From positions 1 through 42,879 of IMG/VR virus record IMGVR_UViG_3300045988_132779: a stretch of 42,879 bases of DNA. One strand, given 5' to 3'. The translations under genes were made by a program, and so were the position numbers. Positions 26,250 to 32,376 of the stretch are shown piece after piece. The notes under the pieces were generated by a model. The model made no database searches, was not told the origin of the DNA, and saw only the letters and a program-made list of their open reading frames with translations. Source of the DNA: a virus. Numbering within the stretch: the stretch's first letter is position 1; every line of letters begins with the position of its first letter.

Positions 26250-26700
26250 ACCCAACCTCCTTCAATGGACTATTTTGCTTAGGCTTTTCTGGCTCTTCGA
26301 CAGTTATCTGACGTAATCCAGAATCAAATGTAAGGCCCAAATCATGTCCTAACGACTTCATGTTTTTTACACAAGAGTCCATCTGTATCGCTCCGGGAGA
26401 ACGTTTAACAGCAACATTGTCATTGTCATAGATCCACAACCCTTGCTGTTCAATCAGCTGCTCAGACTTGATGTAAAGAGCGTAATAACGGCAATACAAT
26501 TCAAGTGCTGGCTGATCTATCTTTTTAAGATAGCCAATTTTCTTTATTTCCGGAACAATCGCCTTCCAAAGACGCGATGCTTCATCATCAAGATGAGCTG
26601 GCGGTGTATTCTGGATCTCCTTAAGATCATCATCATCAGCTGTCACGGCATTTGAACTTTTTGAGTGCAATACTGTCAATTTTGGTTGATTTTCAGGCAA
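26233..26700 (-). CDS. terS: Terminase small subunit, P27 family
   Basis: APAHLDDEASRLWKAIVPEI..LELYCRYYALYIKSEQLI..GAIQMDSCVKNMKSLGHDLGL is P27-family-like. TTG start 8 nt after AAAGGAGG. Confidence 0.85.
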   Translation of the reverse strand: MPENQPKLTVLHSKSSNAVTADDDDLKEIQNTPPAHLDDEASRLWKAIVPEIKKIGYLKKIDQPALELYCRYYALYIKSEQLIEQQGLWIYDNDNVAVKRSPGAIQMDSCVKNMKSLGHDLGLTFDSGLRQITVEEPEKPKQNSPLKEVGFGADV

Positions 26701-26758
26701 AAAACACACCTCCTTTCAGCATCAGAAACCGCTATTTATTGGGATTCAAGTCTAAAAA

Positions 26759-26842
26759 GCCGAAATTTTTCAAAAAATGGGTTTTCGGCAAATGGACACT
26801 GGTGCGTGAGGTCCCCGGCGAGCAACATAGGGGCCCCCGTTA
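26759..26842. other. Candidate cos / terminase-recognition region
   Basis: The HNH-terS intergenic region is the usual cos location for the HNH + P27 terS + HK97 head gene set. It has the inverted repeat GCCGAAA-17 nt-TTTCGGC and a GC-rich block GTCCCCGGCGAGCAACATAGGGGCCCCCG in an otherwise AT-rich spacer. Confidence 0.4.
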
Positions 26843-27334
26843 TTTTTTGTGAGTGAGAATCCATGCTGATATTTTTTCTCGTGTCCATTTTGTCGCAGTG
26901 TCAAGATTTTCTACTCGTGATTGTGATTTATATATCTTGTCCTCAAGCTGTGTCTTCCAATAATGACAGCCTTTGCACAGTACCCATAGGTTGTCATGAG
27001 CCAAGCACTTGCTTCTGTCAATCCTCAAAGGCACGATGTGATCAGTGACTAGATAGCCTGGCTTGTCATAGGTCTTGCCACAACATGCACAAGTGAAGTA
27101 GGCATGAGCTTTGGCATCGCGTGCGGTGTGTTCCCATATCTTCGACTTATAGAATGCAGCAGACTCTTTGTCGCGCTTGTACTTGTCGTAGTATGATGTG
27201 TCACGTTTAACGTGCTTTGTGACATCAGCATAGTTAGGCTTATAAAGGGATGCATGCACTGTGCAGTATGGATTCTCTTGGCTATAAGGGATTACATTGT
27301 TGCATCCAGCCTTGCGGCATACCTTCACACGCAT
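26840..27334 (-). CDS. HNH endonuclease (terminase-associated type)
   Basis: Cys-rich. DHIVPLRIDRSKCLAHDNLWVLCKGCHYWKT is the HNH motif. Lies directly upstream of cos/terS. Confidence 0.85.
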   Translation of the reverse strand: MRVKVCRKAGCNNVIPYSQENPYCTVHASLYKPNYADVTKHVKRDTSYYDKYKRDKESAAFYKSKIWEHTARDAKAHAYFTCACCGKTYDKPGYLVTDHIVPLRIDRSKCLAHDNLWVLCKGCHYWKTQLEDKIYKSQSRVENLDTATKWTREKISAWILTHKK

Positions 27335-27337
27335 GTG

Positions 27338-27502
27338 CTAGTCCTCATGTAATCCGATGATGATCCCAAATAAGATAAACAACGCCAGCAAAGCAATCAT
27401 CACTATTAGTGGCGCGAATACTAGCAGCCAACTCCATGCGATCAAGCCGAATAACTTGGCCATCACGAATATTAGTGTAAGCAGTAATAAGAAATTGCAC
27501 AT
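27338..27502 (-). CDS. 54-aa hydrophobic membrane protein
   Basis: MCNFLLLLTLIFVMAKLFGLIAWSWLLVFAPLIVMIALLALFILFGIIIGLHED. GGAGG lies 9 nt upstream. Confidence 0.55.
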   Translation of the reverse strand: MCNFLLLLTLIFVMAKLFGLIAWSWLLVFAPLIVMIALLALFILFGIIIGLHED

Positions 27503-27503
27503 G

Positions 27504-27740
27504 CTAAATTGCCTCCGTGTATTGTTTGATCTTGTCAACCTGCAAGTCGCACCATTCATCATGTGTTCCGTCTGGTTTGTAGACTGTTACGACTGGGAAC
27601 GATTGATAGCCACATTTACGGAAACGTTCAATATCGCGCTCGTCAGCCGTCACTGTTTGAACTCTCATCGCTTTCGATAGCTTAGCCACCGTATGCTGGC
27701 ACTTCTGACAGCCGAGTTTAACATAGACAATTGCCTGCAT
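27504..27740 (-). CDS. nrdH: NrdH/glutaredoxin-like redoxin
   Basis: MQAIVYVKLGCQKCQHTVAKL (CxxC at the start of a thioredoxin-fold-sized 78-aa ORF) and SFPVV. An alternative longer start lies at 27830. Confidence 0.65.
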   Translation of the reverse strand: MQAIVYVKLGCQKCQHTVAKLSKAMRVQTVTADERDIERFRKCGYQSFPVVTVYKPDGTHDEWCDLQVDKIKQYTEAI

Positions 27741-27833
27741 TTTTCTTCGTTCTTCCCTCGTTAGTTCTTCAATAATAACTCGCTCAGTCCGACTAACGTA
27801 GCCGTAGCTGAGTCTTCTCATACCCGACATAGC

Positions 27834-28370
27834 TTACACCGCCAACTCAAAAGAGAAGCCACGGTTGTGTTTGAGCTTGCCACGAAGGCACTCGGATACA
27901 TGGCTCTGGTTTAGTCCAAGAAGCTCCGAGGCTTTCTTTGCGCTACCAAAAAAATAGTGATGTCCTGAGCTGGTCACTACATAGACTGGACACTCGTTCG
28001 CTTTCGCTACGCGCTTGTTGCGGGTACCGTACATGTTGTTATAAAGTGCTGAGCACCATTCAAGATTTGATAACACATTGTTTGTCTTGTTTTCGTCTTT
28101 GTGGTTGACCTGCGGAAAATTGTCGGGGTTATCCAAGAACGCCGTAGCCACGAGACGGTGGATAAGCTTATATTCAATGTCTCCGTCTCGACATAGAGCA
28201 ATCTTACGATACCCCCGGCCGCTTGAGCCACCAACGAGCACCGTTCCTTTTATGCGGTGCCCTTGTGCGTCTTCGCGATCAAGGCTTCTTACTCTTCCCA
28301 TATTGCTAACTTGGTAGATGCCTTCAAATCCTTCAATGTCTTTCCAAATCTCATTCTCTTTTTTAAACAT
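27834..28370 (-). CDS. HNH homing endonuclease (NUMOD4 + HNH_3 + C-terminal HTH)
   Basis: NUMOD4 motif WKDIEGFEGIYQVSNMGRVRS. HNH_3 motif HRLVATAFLDNPDNFPQVNHKDENKTNNVLSNLEW. Overlaps the upstream gene by 8 nt. Confidence 0.85.
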   Translation of the reverse strand: MFKKENEIWKDIEGFEGIYQVSNMGRVRSLDREDAQGHRIKGTVLVGGSSGRGYRKIALCRDGDIEYKLIHRLVATAFLDNPDNFPQVNHKDENKTNNVLSNLEWCSALYNNMYGTRNKRVAKANECPVYVVTSSGHHYFFGSAKKASELLGLNQSHVSECLRGKLKHNRGFSFELAV

Positions 28371-29511
28371 AGTAAATCGCCCTCGTATCATGGTCAGAAT
28401 ATTCAATTAGTTCAAATGTCTTATGAGCAACAACTCCGAGATCATCTGTCCACTTATCCGTAGGTTTTCTCGTAGACATCTGCCTTTGAACGAATCCACC
28501 TAAATCCTTGCTCATTTCACTGTGCATGTGACCCGTTATCAATTCGCGGTTCTGTGCCGTGCCTAACATGAAGCCGAACTCATCGAGGTATTTTGCAAGG
28601 TAGTTGTTCTTACCTTTATCACCATGAGTGGCGCCAATGAAGTTATGGCCTAACATTGTGCCTTTGTAATGCTTCAGTGATATATCCCAAGTGATGTTCG
28701 GCTGGTTGCTGTAGGCACGTTTCAATAGACGCGCAAACATATATCCAACTGACGGGTCGTGATTACCTGGTGCATACATGACCTCACACTCATTGGCATT
28801 CTTAATAATCGCTTCAATCAGTGTCTCGAAGTATTGTTCCATTTCGTTCACAGTCTCGCCTAGGTCAGTTGTTTCGAGCTGTGTGCCCTTTGCTGTGGTT
28901 GAGTTGATATTGTCCACGTGAGCAAGATCGCCGCCCAGAATGAGCAATATTTTGGCGTAGTGGCCGCGTTGAATGATTTCTAGTTGCCGTTTAAGAGATT
29001 CCGCATAGACGTCGAATGTGTGACCGTTGAAATGCGTGTCAAATGCAGGAATGACCAGATAGCGATCTGATTCCACAAAAATAGGAGCCTTAGCTTGGTA
29101 TGGCTCCTTGTGTGTGATGATGTCATTCATCAATGATTCGTATTGTTCTGCTTCGACTAACGGCCTAATTTGTATCTTGCTTTGATACAACGTTGCTTCA
29201 GGCGTTTGCTTCCAGAAGTTGCTTGTAGCACGTACAAGCTCCCACTTGGTGTAATCATACCCGTGAGCTTCCAGAACCTCTCTAGGCGTCATTTTGTGGC
29301 CCCTGACAACCTTTAGAATGGTTTCACTGGACTGCGTACCGTCTGAATCGTATTCATTCTTCAGTGGCTTCTGAAATTCGATACCAAGCCTTTTCGCTTT
29401 ACCTTGAAGCGCATCATAGCTAATTCCGAGCTTGTCGGCCGTTTCTCGTCTAGTAAAGCCTTCAGAGGCGAGCTTCCTAATGTCACCGATCTGTTCATCT
29501 GTCCATTGCAT
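28363..29511 (-). CDS. Fusion protein: N-terminal HTH domain + calcineurin-like metallophosphoesterase
   Basis: HTH segment FTRRETADKLGISYDALQGKAKRLG. Phosphoesterase motifs PAFDTHFNG (DxH), LGGDLAH (GDxxH), PGNHD (GNHD) and TGHMH (GHxH). Confidence 0.8.
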   Translation of the reverse strand: MQWTDEQIGDIRKLASEGFTRRETADKLGISYDALQGKAKRLGIEFQKPLKNEYDSDGTQSSETILKVVRGHKMTPREVLEAHGYDYTKWELVRATSNFWKQTPEATLYQSKIQIRPLVEAEQYESLMNDIITHKEPYQAKAPIFVESDRYLVIPAFDTHFNGHTFDVYAESLKRQLEIIQRGHYAKILLILGGDLAHVDNINSTTAKGTQLETTDLGETVNEMEQYFETLIEAIIKNANECEVMYAPGNHDPSVGYMFARLLKRAYSNQPNITWDISLKHYKGTMLGHNFIGATHGDKGKNNYLAKYLDEFGFMLGTAQNRELITGHMHSEMSKDLGGFVQRQMSTRKPTDKWTDDLGVVAHKTFELIEYSDHDTRAIYYV

Positions 29512-29538
29512 CTACTCGCCTCCTAAAATATAATGTCC

Positions 29539-29564
29539 GTGAGCAGTTTGATGACGCTGCTCAC
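29539..29564. other. Hairpin GTGAGCAG-10 nt-CTGCTCAC in the leader of the HTH-phosphoesterase gene
   Basis: Perfect 8-bp stem. The same 8-mer pair recurs at 29774..29817. Confidence 0.5.
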
Positions 29565-29568
29565 ATTC

Positions 29569-29679
29569 TCATGAAGAACTTCCCGAGTTCTTAAGCCCTC
29601 GGATTAGGCCCCGAAAGCTTTTTTGTTGCTTAAAAAATTTCGATGAGTTAGAATTAAATTGTTCCCAACAGATACTCAT
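29569..29679 (-). CDS. Possible 36-aa basic peptide (MSICWEQFNSNSSKFFKQQKSFRGLIRGLKNSGSSS)
   Basis: AAGGAG lies 5 nt before the ATG. Otherwise unsupported, and it sits in a structured intergenic region. Confidence 0.3.
   Translation of the reverse strand: MSICWEQFNSNSSKFFKQQKSFRGLIRGLKNSGSSS
29626..29654 (+). promoter_or_regulatory. Plus-strand sigma-A-type promoter TTGCTT-17-TAGAAT (antisense to all neighbouring genes)
   Basis: Hexamers at 29626..29631 and 29649..29654 with an exact 17-nt spacer. Confidence 0.5.
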
Positions 29680-29738
29680 TTTCACTCCTTTGTAATACCC
29701 TTTCTTTAGGCTCTCGGCCCCCAACCGAGGGCTATTTT
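29661..29738 (+). ncRNA. Candidate antisense sRNA 1 (~75 nt), ending at a + strand hairpin/U-tract
   Basis: Starts downstream of the promoter above. The hairpin 29709..29733 (GGCUCUCGG/CCGAGGGCU) contains G.U pairs that become A.C mismatches on the minus-strand RNA. Followed by AUUUU. Confidence 0.4.
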
Positions 29739-29758
29739 AGTATCTTCTATAAGGAATG

Positions 29759-29767
29759 TGCTAATAT
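29759..29767 (+). promoter_or_regulatory. Plus-strand extended -10 promoter element (TGcTAATAT)
   Basis: TG at 29759-60 and TAATAT at 29762..29767. No good -35 element. Confidence 0.4.
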
Positions 29768-29773
29768 ATATAT

Positions 29774-29879
29774 GTGAGCAGTGGCCTTTCTCCTCCAAGT
29801 CAACCGCTGCTGCTCACACAAGTATTCCGTTTTTTCATTCTTTTGGCCCTTGGACTGGTCTCTGAGGGCCTTTTTGTTG
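29774..29879 (+). ncRNA. Candidate sRNA 2 (~105 nt): 5' hairpin with a CUCCUCC loop, U-rich linker, strong terminator
   Basis: 5' stem GUGAGCAG/CUGCUCAC (29774..29817). The loop contains CCUUUCUCCUCCAAG. The terminator GGCCCUUGGA-CUGGUC-UCUGAGGGCC (29845..29870) is followed by UUUUUGUUG. Its two G.U pairs exist only in the + strand RNA. Confidence 0.45.
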
Positions 29880-29880
29880 C

Positions 29881-29914
29881 ACAAAAATAGCACCTCACCG
29901 TTTGGCGGAGTGCT
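29881..29914 (-). terminator. Rho-independent terminator of the 286-aa orphan gene
   Basis: On the minus-strand RNA: AGCACUCCGCC-AAAC-GGUGAGGUGCU (10 of 11 positions pair, including G.U) followed by AUUUUUGU. Confidence 0.6.
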
Positions 29915-29945
29915 TTAGTAAATAAAAAGATGCCAAAGCGTCATA

Positions 29946-30806
29946 TTAGCTCTCTTGGTTTGTAGCACTAGATTTCGAAACGGCTGCCTTAAGCATATTC
30001 CCAGCATCGGTCGGACGTTCAGCATAAATTAACTCTGAAGGATTATTGGGATTAGCGTATGGTGGATTCAGCGTTCCCGAAATAAATTCAGCTAACTTAT
30101 TTGATTCTAAATCAACGATTGCCATCTGGATGCTTGTCTTCTCAATGTTAGAAAAAACTGGCACTTTGCTAAATGCGGTTGCTACCCATCCAGTATTGTC
30201 TCCCTGCACTCTACCATCTACAGCAATGAATGCTTTTGGTCCTGGAACTAACGGCCAATGGTCTGAATTCCGAAGCAGAGTTAGAGCTAGCGGAGAACTT
30301 CTGTCTATTAAATTCAAAATGCTCTTGTTCTTAGAAAAAGTGCTTCCCCAATCTTTTTCATTTGCAAGATTACCCAGATAATCAGACATAATATCCAACA
30401 TATCATCATCTGATGGAGCATCTGACAGTAGGGAGACTATTTTCGAATAGATACTCAGTCCGTACGGATTTGTGAGGAGAGAACTCAACCTGTGAAGGCC
30501 CTGCTCTTGATCATCGGTCTTTTGTAGATATTCTGCCAAAAGCAAAGTCTTCTTCATGTCATCCAAACGGTCTTTTAAATGATCCCCCGTATCCACAAGA
30601 TCAAGGATCAGATCTCCCCATTTGCCGTTTAAGACGTCTACCGCCAGCTGCTTTCCTTTCGACTTGGCAGTATCGACCACTGCTGACCTCACATCCTTAC
30701 TATCAAGCTTTTTCTGCTCTATTCTCTTATCCAAGCTCATTTTCTCAGCATGCAAAAGATATTCTGGATGCTCAATCATGGCCCGAATTTCCGCTTTCTT
30801 GTCCAT
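29946..30806 (-). CDS. Orphan 286-aa cytoplasmic protein (moron between ArpU and the late-region leader); function unknown
   Basis: Clear ORF with GAGGTGA 6 nt before the ATG. Charged helical N-terminal half and a beta-rich C-terminal half. Has its own terminator. No motif I can name with certainty. Confidence 0.7.
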   Translation of the reverse strand: MDKKAEIRAMIEHPEYLLHAEKMSLDKRIEQKKLDSKDVRSAVVDTAKSKGKQLAVDVLNGKWGDLILDLVDTGDHLKDRLDDMKKTLLLAEYLQKTDDQEQGLHRLSSLLTNPYGLSIYSKIVSLLSDAPSDDDMLDIMSDYLGNLANEKDWGSTFSKNKSILNLIDRSSPLALTLLRNSDHWPLVPGPKAFIAVDGRVQGDNTGWVATAFSKVPVFSNIEKTSIQMAIVDLESNKLAEFISGTLNPPYANPNNPSELIYAERPTDAGNMLKAAVSKSSATNQES

Positions 30807-30926
30807 TTCGTATCACCTCACAAAAATAGTACCCCAGCATGAACTGGAATACTACATTGAGGTGATTAAGTGAGCACTGCGCAGCCGTTTTCCGCCGGCC
30901 AATCTGGTGCACGTTTGATAGCGCAA

Positions 30927-30991
30927 TGTGGCATGCGGGAATCGAACCCGCCTGACTATCACGGTCAGTCCTCATTGCCACGCCTTGCCAC
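30927..30991 (-). other. Non-canonical tRNA-like element (acceptor + T-arm + one extra arm; no D-arm, no variable region)
   Basis: The minus strand reads GTGGCAA-GGC-GTGGCAA-TGAGGA-CTGAC-CGTGATA-GTCAG-GCGGG-TTCGATT-CCCGC-ATGCCAC-A. The T-arm with the GTTCGATTC loop is perfect. A 6-bp acceptor pairing is possible with either GTGGCAA copy. Confidence 0.5.
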
Positions 30992-31090
30992 AGCTTTATC
31001 ATCACTGAGGCTCGGAGGAAAAATGCGGTGTCTCAGGTTTCTCACCTTTGGCACAATACCATAATAAGACGTAAAAACAGTTGAAAGGTC

Positions 31091-31519
31091 TCACAAAGGT
31101 CTCATCTCGATTTCAACCAATGGACAAATCTCGGCGAATGCAATTAGCGCTTCTCGTTTTGTTCGATAATACTGGGCTTTTGATAAAAAAAGCTTGTCCA
31201 TTATTTGCTTGTCACTATATCGTTTGGTTAAGTAAGAGCTTGTTAGTATAATCCGATGATTCTCTGATTCCAGAGATTCGATAGCGCCTTCACAGCACGC
31301 TATATAGTACAGCTCGTCAGCGTGCGATACGAGCTTGTCCTCGGCTTTATTTCCATAGCTGGGTGACTTGGGCATGCCGTCCATCACGGGGCTTCTGAGC
31401 GCTATTTTGGTGCGTTGAGCGAGCCGCTTGTGATGCCAGTAGTTCCCCAAGACCTCTTTGGCGTTTTCAATCGTTTTGTCATGATCAATTGGGCTAAAAT
31501 ATCTCGTTGCTCGCACCAC
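31091..31519 (-). CDS. ArpU-family late transcriptional regulator
   Basis: LRSPVMDGMPKSPSYGNKAEDKL ... IILTSSYLTKRYSDKQIMDKLFLSKAQYYRTKREALIAFAE matches the ArpU family pattern. The GTG at 31519 (AAGGAG 8 nt upstream) is preferred over the GTG at 31528, which overlaps the SD. Confidence 0.8.
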   Translation of the reverse strand: MVRATRYFSPIDHDKTIENAKEVLGNYWHHKRLAQRTKIALRSPVMDGMPKSPSYGNKAEDKLVSHADELYYIACCEGAIESLESENHRIILTSSYLTKRYSDKQIMDKLFLSKAQYYRTKREALIAFAEICPLVEIEMRPL

Positions 31520-31667
31520 TGCGTCCACTCCTTATGGTATAATTTGTCTGGGCTTGTAGGATAAGCGTGCCGTGATGGTGCGCTTTTGTTATACTGTTTT
31601 CGGAGGCATTTCAATATTATAAAATCAATTAAAAATGTTGTTGTCTACAGTGCCTCCAGCGTGCCCC

Positions 31668-31841
31668 TCATAAGGTGCGCTTTTTGTTTGCTCGAAAAAA
31701 GGCAGACCATTGTTTAAACGTGGTAGCGGCCGACTTGAAGACTGGATAAAGTGCTTTTACGAATCCGTCCATGTTGTGCTCATCTTTCCTGCGTTCATAC
31801 CTAATACGTGCTCGCATGACTGCTCGATGTCTGTCATTCAT
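31668..31841 (-). CDS. 57-aa basic hypothetical protein
   Basis: MNDRHRAVMRARIRYERRKDEHNMDGFVKALYPVFKSAATTFKQWSAFFRANKKRTL. Its ATG abuts the upstream stop (TAAATG). Below the track cutoff. Confidence 0.4.
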   Translation of the reverse strand: MNDRHRAVMRARIRYERRKDEHNMDGFVKALYPVFKSAATTFKQWSAFFRANKKRTL

Positions 31842-31913
31842 TTATTTTCCTCTTTTCCAGTTAGCCCACATCCACATTGCAGCGCCTGAGATTAGCAGCA
31901 TTACGGCAATCAT
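31842..31913 (-). CDS. Possible 23-aa hydrophobic peptide (MIAVMLLISGAAMWMWANWKRGK)
   Basis: ATGA overlap with the upstream gene, and the conserved GGAGGGAAAGCAATGA junction supplies the SD. Confidence 0.35.
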   Translation of the reverse strand: MIAVMLLISGAAMWMWANWKRGK

Positions 31914-32092
31914 TGCTTTCCCTCCCTGATTACATCCGAAATGTCCCAAAGCGCAAACAAGATTGCTGATAATGTCAGAAAAACATATGTTTTATAGTAT
32001 CCGTACACCAAAGTTTTCTCAGGTATAAATGAAACCACAATACATAAAATGAAACTAATCCATGACACGAAACGGTAAGGCCTTATTTTCAT
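31910..32092 (-). CDS. 60-aa two-TM membrane protein
   Basis: MKIRPYRFVSWISFILCIVVSFIPEKTLVYGYYKTYVFLTLSAILFALWDI. Uses the GGAGGGAAAACAATGA junction. Confidence 0.55.
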   Translation of the reverse strand: MKIRPYRFVSWISFILCIVVSFIPEKTLVYGYYKTYVFLTLSAILFALWDISDVIREGKQ

Positions 32093-32376
32093 TGTTTTCC
32101 CTCCAGCCTGCGTCCGCACATCGGACAATAATTAATCATGATTGGATCATCGACCTCAGCATTATCAAAGCCAACAGCTTCGCATGTGTGTATTGCTGCA
32201 CCGTTTATTTTTTTAGGCTCGATTCTATCCCATTCATTTCCACCAGTCATACCGATTCGAAGGAAGTTGCCAAGTTCTGATTCAATGAGCTTATGTGGCT
32301 CATGACAATATGGACAGTTTTTCTGGTTCTCCGTAAAGGAGGTCGGATTCGACCCCTTTTCCACTTTTTCAGTCAT
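32089..32376 (-). CDS. Zinc-ribbon protein (CPYC ... CPMC), 95 aa
   Basis: Two CxxC pairs. ATGA coupling to the YopX gene. Confidence 0.6.
   Translation of the reverse strand: MTEKVEKGSNPTSFTENQKNCPYCHEPHKLIESELGNFLRIGMTGGNEWDRIEPKKINGAAIHTCEAVGFDNAEVDDPIMINYCPMCGRRLEGKQ

Noticed and set aside
29569-29679. Type I toxin interpretation of the 36-aa ORF
   Set aside because: The peptide is hydrophilic and basic with no TM segment, unlike typical type I toxins. Only the antisense layout is reported.
30927-30991. Calling this a bona fide tRNA gene
   Set aside because: It has no D-arm and no variable region, G at loop position 33, a pyrimidine at position 37, and an A.A mismatch at the acceptor base. 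It is kept only as a tRNA-like element.
31616-31647. Promoter TAGACA...TATAAT upstream of the ArpU gene
   Set aside because: The -10 element is perfect, but the spacer to the only -35-like hexamer is 20 nt, which is too uncertain to annotate.
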